64,000 nucleotides of DNA from contig NC_091470.1 in the NCBI RefSeq assembly GCF_036971445.1, forward strand, positions 66,650,001 to 66,714,000, in the 5' to 3' direction. The translations under genes were made by a program, and so were the position numbers. The stretch comes from Narcine bancroftii. Taxonomy: Eukaryota. The notes beneath the pieces are model-generated. The model had not been told where the DNA came from. It did no database searches and was given only the letters and a program-made list of their open reading frames with translations. Shown here piece by piece: positions 25,031 through 37,689 of this stretch (its first letter is position 1; each line of letters opens with the position of its first letter).

Positions 25031-25299
25031 CTTTGTAAATACGTGATCCTACTTTGTAAATACGTGATCCTGCTATGTTCATCTTTGAGCCGGTTTTACA
25101 GAAAGGTGAATTCTTTAGAACTGTGATTGTAAGTAAAGGACTTAACCAAATTTAAATATAATCTGAATACAGTTAAATTACAGAACCATGGTTTTATCAA
25201 GATGTTATGTGAAGTTATGGCTACCAGAATTATCTTTATTTGTGGAGATGCGGCCAGGGAATCAGTTCTAAAATTCCAAAGATTTGTAAAAAAAAAATC

Positions 25300-26184
25300 T
25301 TGAGTGAAACGTGAAAGTCTGCAGATGCTGTGATTTTAGTAAAAACACAAAATTGCTGGTGGAACTCAGCAGGTCTCATATGTCCATAGGAGGTAAAAAT
25401 GTGCCACCAACATTTCAGGCCTGAGCCCTTCGTCAAAGTATAAGTAAAAAAAGAAGGCAGGTGCCTCAATAAAAAGACTGGGGGGTGGGGGGGAGGAGAG
25501 AAAGAGCAGCGGGCTGAACACAAGCCAACAGGTAAAAGGTAAATAATTAGATATGGATAAGAGGACAGGAGAGGAAACGTGAGAATGGATTGGGGGAGGG
25601 GATGGCGATGGCTCCGAAAGCAGAGCTGAAGGAAAGGAGACAGAGGGAGAGGGACAGCTCTGAAAGACTGGACACAGACTGGAGATCACTTCATTGAGTA
25701 CCTTCTGCAATAGTGGGGATATCCCAGTGGCAACCCATTTCAATTCCCTGTCCCATTCCCACACTGACATATCTGTCCACAGTCTCATGCACAACAAGAC
25801 TGAGAGCACCTGCAAATTGGAGCGACATTGCCTCATATTCTTTCTTGCCGCCCTCCAACTGAATAACGTTAACATCAACTTCTCCAGTTTCCATTAGACC
25901 CCAACCCTCCCACCACCCTGTCTCTCTCTCCCTATCTCTACATCTCTCTCTCTCTCTCCCCCTTTCCCTCTGCCTCCTTTCCTCCATCTCTACATTTATA
26001 GAACCACCCTCCTGACCTGATCAATTCTTACCTTTTCCTCTTCTATCCATGTCCAATGATCACCTTTTGCCTGTTGACCTGTGCTCCTCCCCTGCCCTTT
26101 CTTCCCTCCTCCCCGACCCTTTTTATTGAGCCGCCTGCCTGCTTTTTGCACAAATCTTGATGAAGACCTCAGACCTGAAACGTT
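25300..26184. mobile_element. Penelope-like element with inverted structure: minus-strand terminal repeat (25300-~25665), then plus-strand GIY-YIG tail and terminal repeat (~25670-26184)
   Basis: ORF 25694..25897 (IPVATHFNSLSHSHTDISVH...KLE..CLIFFL) is the PLE endonuclease C-terminus. The two arms are reverse-complementary homologues, each ending in a TTGAYGAAG...CCTGAAAYGTT motif. Confidence 0.8.
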
Positions 26185-28135
26185 ATCAAATAGAAAGGAC
26201 TCCTATTCAAGATTATTTTTAGTTTCAGTACAATTGTAGGGCAGGATATTAGATGCAGAATCTAAAAAGAACATTTTGTCTGATCATTCACCTTTATGAA
26301 TGACGACTGTAATGCCAGACAAAGAGAAATCAGTTTCTACATGGAGATTGGAATCATTACTATTACAAAAAGACCAGATTTCTGAGATTTCATTAGAGAA
26401 CAGCTATTTTGTGATATGTTTGAACTATGTGAATGATAAATTTTTAGTATGGGATGCTTTGAAAACATATCTGAGAGGTCAAATTGCAAGATTTACTTCT
26501 AAAATTAAGAAGGAGTATTAGATCGATTAGAACAAGAAATAATGGTTTTGGAAAAAGCTCTTCAAAAGAGAAACTCTGAGGATAAATGTAGACAACTAAT
26601 TAACAAAGAAAAGCAATATAATATGATAAAAAGCTCTGGTTATAAAATAAACTGAGACAAAAGTGAAATTATGCCTTTTACAGAAGGAGATTATAGTTAT
26701 TATCGAAGAAATACTCAATTTAAATGGCCAAAAGAAGGGATTAAATATTTAGGGATTCATAAAGACTATAATTTTAAAAAATATATATAAATTGAATTAT
26801 TTGCCATGACTCAAAAAAGTTGAAGATTTTTAAAAATGAATGACTTTACCTAAAGCATTAATAGGAAAGTTTAACTGTTTTCGCATGAAGCAAGGCTGCG
26901 TTCTCGCACCAACCCTCTTTTCAATCTTCTTCAGCATGATGCTGAACCAAGCCATGAAAGACCTCAACAACAAAGACGCTGTTTATATCCGGTACCGCAC
27001 GGATGGCAGTCTCTTCAATCTGAGGCGCCTGCAAGCTCACATCAAGACACAAGAGCAACTTGTCCGTGAACTACTCTTTGCAGACGATGCCGCTTTAGTT
27101 GCCCATTCAGAGCCAGCTCTTCAGCGCTTGACGTCCTGCTTTGCGGAAACTGCCAAAATGTTTGGCCTGGAAGTCAGCCTGAAGAAAACTGAGGTCCTCC
27201 ATCAGCCAGCTCCCCACCATGACTACCAGCCCCCCCACATCTCCATCGGGCACACAAAACTCAAAACGGTCAACCAGTTTACCTATCTCGGCTGCACCAT
27301 TTCAACGGATGCAAGGATCGACAACGAGATAGACAACAGACTCGCCTAGGCAAATAACGCCTTTGGAAGACTACACAAAAGAGTCTGAAAAAACAACTAA
27401 CTGAAAAACCTCACAAAGATTAGCGTATACAGAGCCGTTGTCATACCCACACTCCTGTTCGGCTCCGAATCATGGGTCCTCTACCGGCATCACCTACGGC
27501 TCCTAGAACGCTTCCACCAGTGTTGTCTCCGCTCCATCCGCAACATTCATTGGAGCGACTTCATCCCTAACATCGAAGTACTCGAGATGGCAGAGGCCAA
27601 CAGCATCGAATCCACGCTGCTGAAGATCCAACTGCGCTGGGCAGGTCACGTCTCCAGAATGGAGGACCATCGCCTTCCCAAGATCGTGTTATATGGCGAG
27701 CTCTCCACTGACCATCGTGTCAGAGGTGCACCAAAGAAGAGGTACAAGGACTGCCTAAAGAAATCTCTTGGTGCTTGCCACATTGACCACCGCCTGTGGG
27801 CTGATATCGCTTCAAACCGTGCATCTTGGCGCCTCACAGTTCGGTGGGCAGCAACCTCCTTTGAAGAAGACCGCAGAGCCCACCTCACTGACAAAAGACA
27901 AAGGAGGAAAAACCCAACACCCAACCCCAACCAACCAATTTTCCCCTGCAACCGCTGCAACCGTGTCTGCCTGTCCCGCATCAGACTTGTCAGCCACCAA
28001 CGAGCCTGCAGCTGACGTGGACATTTACCCCTCCATAAATCTTCGTCTGCGAAGCCAAGCCAAAGAAAGAAAAAAGATTCCCAAGAATTCAATCTCTCTT
28101 TCAAACCTTACCTATACTTCCTTTATTTCTTACTT
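26185..28135 (+). mobile_element. Highly deleted L1-clade fragments (EN end, linker, RT end), split by an RTE insertion
   Basis: Pieces SYSR..., ILSDHSPL, WDALKTYLRGQI (ORF 26300..26521), IKYLGI and LIGK.NC. PRIQSLFQTLP resumes at ~28080 after the RTE. Confidence 0.7.
26883..28075 (+). mobile_element. RTE/BovB-like LINE, 5'-truncated, with several nonsense mutations
   Basis: KQGCVLAPTLF...LLFADD in ORF 26840..27349 and C-terminal CNRC...HQRAC in ORF 27587..28015. Tail is GCCAAGCCAAAGAAAGAAAAAA. Confidence 0.93.
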
Positions 28136-28436
28136 TATATATATATATAAAATTATTTATGAGGATGAGAGGTTATAACCATCATGTAACAAATGAAAAT
28201 TTCTTCTATTTGAATGTCTACTGTATATGGATGCATTTTTGTGTTTTTTATATTTTTTCTTGAGGAGCTTTTCAATTATTTAATAATTTGATTTTTCAAA
28301 CTTAAAAAAGAACTTTAAATGAAAATATTACTGGCCCTTTTCAAGCAAGGATTTGCAAAAATTTGGCAATGGATATTAAAATAATGATGTGGCTACTGTT
28401 ATGAAGTCATAGCGCATACAAAAACTCATTGCTTAG

Positions 28437-30583
28437 CATGGGGAGGGGGGAATAGGAAATAAAAACATAAAATGGTCAAAATGTCCAGCAGGTCATGGGA
28501 AGGGGGGAATACGAAATAAAAACATAAAATGGTCAATATATCCAGCAGGTCATGGGAGGGGGGGGGAATAGGAAATAAAAACATAAAATGGTCAAAATAT
28601 CCAGCAGGTCATGGGGAGGGGGGAATACGAAATAAAAACATAAAATGGTCAAAATGTCCAGCAGGTCATGGGGAGGGGGGAATACGAAATAAAAACATAA
28701 AATGGTCAATATATCCAGCAGGTCATGGGAGGGGGGGGAATAGGAAATAAAAACATAAAATGGTCAAAATATCCAGCAGGTCATGGGGAGGGGGGAATAC
28801 GAAATAAAAACATAAAATGGTCAATATATCCAGCAGGTAATGGGAGGGGGGGGAATTGGAAATAAAAACATAAAATGGTCAAAATATCCAGCAGGTCATG
28901 GGGAGGGGGGAATACGAAATAAAAACATAAAATGGTCAATATATCCAGCAGGTCATGGGAGGGGGGGGAATAGGAAATAAAAACATAAAATGGTCAAAAT
29001 ATCCAGCAGGTCATGGGGAGGGGGGAATACGAAATAAAAACATAAAATGGTCAATATATCCAGCAGGTCATGGGAGGGGGGGGAATAGGAAATAAAAACA
29101 TAAAATGGTCAATACATCCAGCAGGTCATGGGAGGGGGGGGAATAGGAAATAAAAACATAAAATGGTCAAAATGTCCAGCAGGTCATGGGGAGGGGGGAA
29201 TACGAAATAAAAACATAAAATGGTCAATATATCCAGCAGGTCATGGGAGGGGGGGGAATACGAAATAAAAACATAAAATGGTCAAAATATCCAGCAGGTC
29301 ATGGGGAGGGGGGAATACGAAATAAAAACATAAAATGGTCAATATATCCAGCAGGTAATGGGAGGGGGGGGAATTGGAAATAAAAACATAAAATGGTCAA
29401 AATATCCAGCAGGTCATGGGGAGGGGGGAATACGAAATAAAAACATAAAATGGTCAATATATCCAGCAGGTCATGGGAGGGGGGGGAATAGGAAATAAAA
29501 ACATAAAATGGTCAAAATATCCAGCAGGTCATGGGGAGGGGGGAATACGAAATAAAAACATAAAATGGTCAATATATCCAGCAGGTCATGGGAGGGGGGG
29601 GAATAGGAAATAAAAACATAAAATGGTCAATACATCCAGCAGGTCATGGGAGGGGGGGGAATAGGAAATAAAAACATAAAATGGTCAAAATGTCCAGCAG
29701 GTCATGGGGAGGGGGGAATACGAAATAAAAACATAAAATGGTCAATATATCCAGCAGGTCATGGGAGGGGGGGGAATACGAAATAAAAACATAAAATGGT
29801 CAATATATCCAGCAGGTCATGGGAGGGGGGGGAATAAGAAATAAAAACATAAAATGGTCAAAATATCCAGCTGGTCATGGGGAGGGAGGGAATAGGAAAT
29901 AAAAACATAAAATGGTCAAAATATCCAGCAGGTCATGGGGAGGGGGGAATACGAAATAAAAACATAAAATGGTCAATATATCCAGCAGGTCATGGGAGGG
30001 GGGGGAATAGGAAATAAAAACATAAAATGGTCAATATATCCAGCAGGTCATGGGAGGGGGGGGGAATAGGAAATAAAAACATAAAATGGTCAAAATATCC
30101 AGCAGGTCATGGGGAGGGGGGGAATACGAAATAAAAACATAAAATGGTCAAAATATCCAGCAGGTCATGGGGAGGAGGGAATACGAAATAAAAACATAAA
30201 ATGGTCAATATATCCAGCAGGTCATGGGAGGGGGGGGAATACAAAATAAAAACATAAAATGGTCAATATATCCAGCAGGTCATGGGAGGGGGGGGAATAG
30301 GAAATAAAAACATAAAATGGTCAAAATATCCAGCAGGTCATGGGGAGGGGGGAATACGAAATAAAAACATAAAATGGTCAATATATCCAGCAGGTCATGG
30401 GAGGGGGGGGAATAGGAAATAAAAACATAAAATGGTCAAAATATCCAGCAGGTCATGGGGAGGGGGGAATACGAAATAAAAACATAATATGGTCAATATA
30501 TCCAGCAGGTCATGGGAGGGGGGGGAAATAGGAAATAAAAACATAAAATGGTCAAAATATCCAGCAGGTCATGGGGAGGGAGG
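28437..30583. repeat. Tandem minisatellite, 57-58-bp unit, about 37 copies
   Basis: Unit GGTCATGGG(G)AGGGGGG(G)AATA(C/G)GAAATAAAAACATAAAATGGTCAA(A/T)ATATCCAGCA repeats head-to-tail with no unique spacers. Confidence 0.97.
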
Positions 30584-32002
30584 ATTTCATGCAGAATTTG
30601 CACAAAAGGAAAAAGCCAGAAATATTGCAAATCAGTGATTCTTCATCAGAACTGAGTAAGTCAGAGAAGTGCAGGTTTTGGGTGCTAGGAAGGTGGAGAA
30701 GGTATAGAGAAAGTACTGTAGGGAGGGGGAAGGTAGGAGAGATTAAATGAATGATTGCAAAAGGAGAAGAAAAACATGGTTATGAGGCATAAAGGAGCAA
30801 AAGACAAAGCTCTAGCAGGCATGAATGTAAGAAGCAGGATCATGACCTGCAGTTACCAAAGAAAATATGTTGGGCACACTTCAGGAATTATTTTATTTCA
30901 AAAATCTTACTATCTTTTAATAAACAAAAAGTAATATAAAAGACAAAAACGTTTGAATTGCAAATGTATTGTGATGAATTTTGACCACTGCCTTAATGCT
31001 AAGTGTGTAGTGGTATAACACGAAAAGAAAGCCACAGCGGATTGAGCACCTGTGTGTAAGAGCCTCATTTGGCACTGGACTTTTATCCAAATCTTCACCG
31101 TAGCTTCACTTTATCTTGTTTTGAGAAGTGAACAAAAAGGAATTGTAAGAAATTTAGAAAAACTTCTCTGGAAAAACCCCTACTGCACATATTTCCTTAT
31201 TTGCAATGTTGTGATTGATTTTCCAACTATTCATCTGAACGTCTAGTTAAAGCAATTGGTCCTCAACATCAGTTCTGCAAAACTGCGGAGCACACTATAT
31301 GTCTATGAGAAAATTAAAATAACCACATCTGCAAATTTTTTTTCCATTGTTTTGTTTACCATTCTACAACCAAAGATTGTTTAATGAAAATCTAATAACT
31401 TTGGTTGACATCTTAAAGCTGTGATTACTTTGTCTGAAACTGTGATTGTGAAGTTCTAGAGCATATTTGTATTTTTATGCGGTCAATTGATCTGTAAAGA
31501 ATATCTTCCACATCGTAATCTCCTCTCAGACACTGATTTTACCTTAAATATTCTGACATGTGGTCTGATTGATGAAGACTTTTAAGCAAAGCCAGAGCTT
31601 AAACTAATTTAACACTTTGTGGTAATAACTGGATTAAGCAACAGTGAGTTTATCTAGAAGGGATGTTGATAATGTGCAAATGTATTTCTGAAAGATATTA
31701 TGGGGAGGAAAGAGACGGAGTTTCTGCCTTGAGCTCCATGGTCTTTTGGGCACCAAGCTATAAAAACTTCTGTTTTCAATTGATTTCAAATTCACTTGGC
31801 ATATTGCTGAATGTAATATCTCTAATGCACATGCTCAATTGGGTATTTAATGAGAACATATAATTTTTTTAAATAGTCCTTGATATATTTAAAATGTGTA
31901 ATTTATGCAGTTTGATTAAATAGTTGAATATCTTTGGTACTTTAAGGTAAATTGGTTCCATCATGATATCGAAAGTCCATTTGGAGCCAGACTTGATAGA
32001 TG

Positions 32003-32290
32003 TGAGTGAACCACGATAGGCTGCAGATGTTGTGATTGTAGTAAACACACTGCAAAGCTGGAGGAACTCAGCCGGTCTTTTCAGCATCTATAGGAGACAA
32101 AGATATATTGCCAATGTTTCGGGCCTGAGCCCTTCAAGGAAGAAATCAGAAATGGCAGAATCAGGATATATCAGAAAGTCTCAGAATTCAAACAATGGGG
32201 GAGGAATCCAGACCAACACAAGGAGGGTGGTGGTGTAATTTATTATGTCTGTGCGAAAGGAGACGAAAGGTCTGATTGATGTGATCAAGC
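32003..32290 (-). mobile_element. Penelope-like terminal repeat fragment
   Basis: CTGCAGATGTTGTGATTGTAGTAAAC...GCTGGAGGAACTCAGC...GTTTCGGGCCTGAGCCCTTC is homologous to 25318-25440. Confidence 0.75.
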
Positions 32291-32651
32291 TGAGGGAACA
32301 GCCACCCAGGGGAAGGGAAAGAACCCCTTGTCCTTTCTGGCTGTGGGCAGTGCACCCAACCATGACACCACTAAATGCTATTGCTTCTTACTTTCACTAG
32401 AATCCTCAGTTGTCTTTATACAATCAATTATTTTCTTACAACCCAGAAGGTCTTTCTGCATTTGTCAATCATTGCTGTATCTGCATGCCCTATCACTTAA
32501 AATAAGAACCAATGCAATATTAATATCTAACCAAATTAATAGAACAAAGCATCCTGAATTATTTTCTCTACTCCCAACTTTCAATAAATCATACTTGTGA
32601 ATTCCCTTTCTATCTGCCTCCAGTACTTTGCTTGTTGGTGTCCTGCACCCA

Positions 32652-32955
32652 GATATAGAACAGTACAGCACTGGAACAGGTCCTTTGGCTACTGTGTCTG
32701 TGCTGAACATTATGCCCAAGTTCAACTAAAAATTGGCTGCTTGCTTCTGATAGATATCAATCCATCTCCTTTCTACTCATGTATTTATATTCCATTTTAT
32801 CAGCTTCTGCCACTGCATCTGGCAGCCTTTTCAAGGCACCTACCACACTGGGTAAAATATTTGCCCCCCACATCTCCCTTAAATTTCCTTCCCCCTCATC
32901 TTAAATGCATGTCCTCTAATGTTTGACCCTCTTGCCCTGGGGAAAAGATTCTATC
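32652..32955 (-). mobile_element. CR1-like LINE 3' remnant
   Basis: ATAGAACAGTACAGCACTGGAACAGGTCCTTTGGC...ACATCTCCCTTAAAT pattern, recalled as typical of chondrichthyan CR1 tails. Confidence 0.55.
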
Positions 32956-33784
32956 AGTTAATTTGGGCTAGTTGTCTGAGTTGAATGATAGTTGAGCACA
33001 GAAGAATGCTAATGGAATTTGCTTTCACATCCATGTTTGGACTGGTGGCTTCTCTCCTTTGCCCAGAGCAAAATTAGTGCTGGAGTTCACCATAAATCAT
33101 GACCTTATACACATGATCTCTGGCAAGCCTGACAATGGTTTAAATATTTCACGGGTTGCGCTTTGAAGTTCACACCCTGCCATGAAACCAATATCCATCT
33201 TTGCCCTCTGGGGAGCTGGCATCACGACTATCCTTTCCCTCTGCCATGGTTGCAGGCTGCTCATGCCCTGTATCTCAGCAAATGCAGATACAGCCCTTCA
33301 GCTAATCTTTAATTTATACACAGTGTCTATGCCTGATTTCGAGGCTGTGAATGTGAAATCACATGGTCATATGTTTCCATCCTCACAGTTTTCTGAATCT
33401 TTAACCATGGCCAAGAACTGCCACCTGATCAGGCAATCAGATACGATAGTGTTGAAGTGAGTGGAGAGTGAAGGGTCGGCTGGTCCATATACACATCATC
33501 TTCCCTTAAAAATCAGAAATGATTGTGGAATGAGGAGGAAAAATGATGTGAGAGGATTGGGAGAGATACGGCCAGATTCGATTGTTTCCGCTATGTTTTT
33601 ATCAGAAGCTGTTCAAATTTTGGTGAGCACTTTCTCCTCCCTTCATTGAGACTCTTCCAGCCCTTCTAGGGAGAGGTTATGTCTCTTTAATTTGCAAAGT
33701 ATAGGAATGTGTGTGAATGGGAGTATAACATGTTAGAGTCAGTTTTTTTTCTCTGATATTCTTATCATTGCCTCAGAATCTACC

Positions 33785-33945
33785 ACAGTGACCAATTAAC
33801 CCACTAAACTGCATGTCTTTTAGATGTGGAAGGAACTGGGAACATTCAGAGGAGACCCACATAGTCACAAAGAGACCGTGAGGACTCCACACTGACAGCA
33901 CCAGTGGACAGGATTGAATCTGGATCGCTGGGCCACTATGCCATC
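33785..33945 (-). mobile_element. V-SINE fragment
   Basis: Reverse complement of the V-domain and B box (GGATTGAATCTGG). Homologous to 39050-39302. Confidence 0.6.
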
Positions 33946-34380
33946 ACATTTCTGGCTCATGGAGACCATCATAATGATGTAATTGATGTCACTGAAGTCC
34001 TTGGGTATGATTCCTTGCATTGATTGCACCAATAACTCTCTCAATGGGCTTCCCTAAGAATGTTTGAGATTACCTACTAGCCCCTGTAGATAGATCCTGG
34101 TTCTCTTGTACCTCATGCAGCAAGGCCTCCATTGCAGCATCAAAAAGCCTTTAAGCTCAATCTCTCCCTTGCAGAGCTGCTCAGCATTGGTCATCAGATC
34201 AGTTATAGCCAGTGCTTGCTGCATTCACAATGCAGCAAGTCTTTAAGGGGTGCAGTCCACTTTGTGGTGAAAATTTGTTTGAATTCCTGCCTTGTTCCCT
34301 TGTTGAGGAGTGGAACCAATGACAATGTATGCAGTAATCATATAAATGAGCAGGCATCACCAAGTTGGGCTGCTGCAAGA

Positions 34381-34640
34381 GGGTGATATGGTTGGCTTAG
34401 TGGTTAGCACAATGACTTTACAGCACCAGTGACTGGGACCAGGGTTCAAATCCCGCGCTGTCTGTAAGGAGTTCGTATATTCTCCCCGTGTCTGTGTAGG
34501 TTTTTCCTGAGGACTGTGGTTTCCTCCCACCATTCAAAGCATACTGGGGAGTGTAGGTTAATTGGGTGTAAATTAGGCAGCATGGAGTTGTAGGCCAAAA
34601 TGGCCTGTTACCGTGCTGTATGTCTAAAGTTAAATTTAAA
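34381..34640 (+). mobile_element. tRNA-derived V-SINE (HE1-like), near full length
   Basis: Pol III A box TGGCTTAGTGG (34393-34403), B box GGTTCAAATCC (34443-34453), V-domain TTCTCCCCGTGTCTGTGTAGGTTTTTCC...GGTTTCCTCCCAC and an AT-rich tail. Confidence 0.88.
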
Positions 34641-34699
34641 ATAATGGGTACAGATAAAACTTTCAAAGTGATTCCCCTCGACTGTTTTGATGGGTTATA

Positions 34700-34930
34700 G
34701 AGTATTAGAGTTGTACAGCATGGAAACATGCCCTGAGACAAACCACGTCTATGCTGACCTTCATAATAATCCCACATGCTGGCATTAATTCCTTATCCCT
34801 CTGTGCCCTGCTCCTTCAAGTACCTGGCCTAGATTCCTCTTCAATGTTGTTACAGTTCCTGCCTCCACTATCTCTACTCAGCTTATTCCATTTACAAACC
34901 ACTCTCTGATTGAAAAAATGTGCCCCTCAC
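34700..34930 (-). mobile_element. CR1-like LINE 3' remnant
   Basis: AGAGTTGTACAGCATGGAAACA...CCTGCCTCCACTATCTCT...ACCACTCTCTG pattern. Confidence 0.55.
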
Positions 34931-37689
34931 ACCCTTCCTAGCTTTGCAACCCCCATCCCCTTGTCTCCAGCTAGCGATTGTTGAGTTTCAGAAGATGTGT
35001 TCTGTCACTTTGCGAAGGAACTGATTGCATATTCAGCTGCAGATGTTGTAGGGTTGTAATAAGGAGTGAATTGGCTCCAATATTAAAGAGAAATACATTT
35101 AGCATAAAAGAGCTGTGCAGCTGAAGGATTGGATAATTGGCCCCATGGCAGTTCTGTGCAGAGAAACCTTTGTTCATTTCAAAACCAATAAAGATAGATT
35201 TTGGAGAAACCTTTCGTCTGAGGCCTGATATCTGACAAATTAAAAAAAAGTGAGTTCTGAATGAGGTGTGATCTTTCTCCTTGTTATCATCTTGTTAGTG
35301 CAGTCATAAGTGTAGTTAATGTCTCAGACCAGCACAGAATGCTAATGCCATAGATAATTTAGTCCCTCAGTGTTACTGCATGTGATTGGTTTTGTTGGTT
35401 CACTATTAGTAACAAATGTGCTACAAAATATGAAACCCACACATGAATAGAAAGGTACACGTGCAGAGCAGTGGATTTGTTTTGCTGTGCTTTATTTTCT
35501 TGATTTAATTATTTGTTGGGAAATACTACTGAGAAAAAAAAGTCCTTAAAATTTTCTTCCTTCCTGTCTTTTTATAATTCAAAAATTGAATTGAAGATTG
35601 TTTATCATAAAAAAAATACAAGAAATTATCAACAGGCATAATGTTGATAGAACTGCTGTTTATTTGTTTGTTGTGATGTATAATTTGATTAACAATTTAA
35701 GGTACAAGTGTTTCAGAACCTTCCATTACTTTTCTATTTTACTGAACATTTTTAAGTAAATAGCTTCAGGACAGATCCAATAAATAGTGGATTCTGTGAT
35801 GTTAATGCTAGGAGAGTGGACACATATTGGATGCATTGGAGATGAAGGAAGAAATTAGTTGCTTTATTTTGAGTGAACTTTCAGTCCTTGTAAATGTTAC
35901 CTCTCCTGTCAATGCAAGGTTAAATATTATTTAGGTTGGATTGTAGGTCACAGGTGCTGCATGAGTGGACCTAAATTCTGTGGAATCAGTAATAAACAGA
36001 TGAATGAGAGTTAATTGATGTAGCAGCTGAAGATGTTTGGGCCAAGGATAATTCCCTGAAGAACTCCTGCAGTTATCCCTCAGGCCTGCAACAACTGACA
36101 TCTATTGGCCACGGCCATCCCCTTCCCATCAGGTGTTTAGTATATTCTCTATCCTCAACTCTCCAAACCCACTGATTTCAGTATTTCTAGATTGCTCTCT
36201 AACTCTTTCAATTCACTGGCATTCAGACCTTGAAACCATGAAAGATACAACATAGCGTCAGCTTTATACAATCAGAATTCTCCACCGAGAATAACATCTA
36301 ATTCATGTAGTGGGTGGCCTGGATGAATTTCTTAGAAAATATCTTTCTTGTTGGAATAGAAATTTTGAGACTACTTTTTAAAAAAATCTAATGACGTAGC
36401 TTTGCGAGGATCTTGTAACTTATGAGTTTTAATGTTAAGAATTATCAAGCTATGCAGTGCAAGGTGCATGTGGATATTTATTTTGAGAATCATCAGATTT
36501 CTCAGGAACTGCAAGCGTGCTGTTCTTCTGGATTCAGACTAAGTAGAACAACAATGGTAAATGAGCTTGCTAAAATTCAAGTATAATTCTAATGGCTAAA
36601 AAGTAATTGTTACAAACATTCTGCTGCAGTTTCCATTTACTCAACAATTTTACAATTATTTTATTAAAAATTTCAAGGCTTGATGACTTTATAATTTTCA
36701 GATGCAAAATAATAGGAAGTAAGTGCTCAGGCAGCACGAGAGATGTGAAACAAAATGGAGGGATCGGGACCAAGTTATTCAATTACATAAAGAGAACCAT
36801 CTACCTAATGAGTATTTTTTTTAAATACACGTACTTTGAGATTTATCTGGAATAAATCCAACTAATCAATTCTGGCCTGTGGGATGATGAGGTTCTCACA
36901 GTGTGTCGTCTCCAGAAAACAAATAAAGGAAGAAATGAAAGCCCATTGGGGATCCAGAGATGAAAGAGAACTGTTCGTTTTGCTGTTTTTTTTTATCCTG
37001 GAGAATGGACTTTGCTTGTAGGAATCTTTAGTTTCTATTCGAGCCAAACTGCATTAGCACAAAAGTTCCTCATCACCTCATATTAATTGTGAATACAAAA
37101 CTGGCTGGCCATGATAGTAAAACAAATGTTCCTAAATCCCTTATCTTTAGTTCCCTCATGAGGTGAACACATCTAGCAAATCAAACAAACCATAATGATA
37201 GTTAAAGTCCATCTTGAGAGTAAAAGGCAAAGACAAAATTAAATAATTCGTAACAAATACATGACAATAGCTGTTGTGACTATTTCACAGTTCTTTTACT
37301 CATTATTAAACTTTTGCATAAATATTTATAACCACTGCATTGTTTCCTGTAAGTAAATATCTGGAGAGTGAAATATTACAATGTTGATATTTTTTTTAAT
37401 TAATCGTAACTATTACAAGGGATGCTCAGATTCTCTCAATAAAATTACGTAGTGTGTGACTCAAGGTAACCACAATTTTAGAATAGATTTCCCCCCTTCT
37501 GATTATAAAATCATCCTCAATTTCTGACATCTGATGACACTGGAGAGAACAAAAGGTTATTGCTTTACTGGTGACACTTGCCTCATAATAATGCCATGTC
37601 ACCATACTTAATGTCAAAGTTATGACAGTATAAATTGTTACATATTTCATGGTCTATAAATGCAAGTAAATGTTTGTTTTCTTTGCCAC

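Noticed and set aside
28437-30583. CRISPR-like array
   Set aside because: Units are contiguous with no unique spacers, there are no cas genes, and the context is vertebrate. It is a minisatellite.
34381-34460. tRNA gene
   Set aside because: A and B boxes are present, but the sequence runs into a V-SINE body and I see no full cloverleaf.
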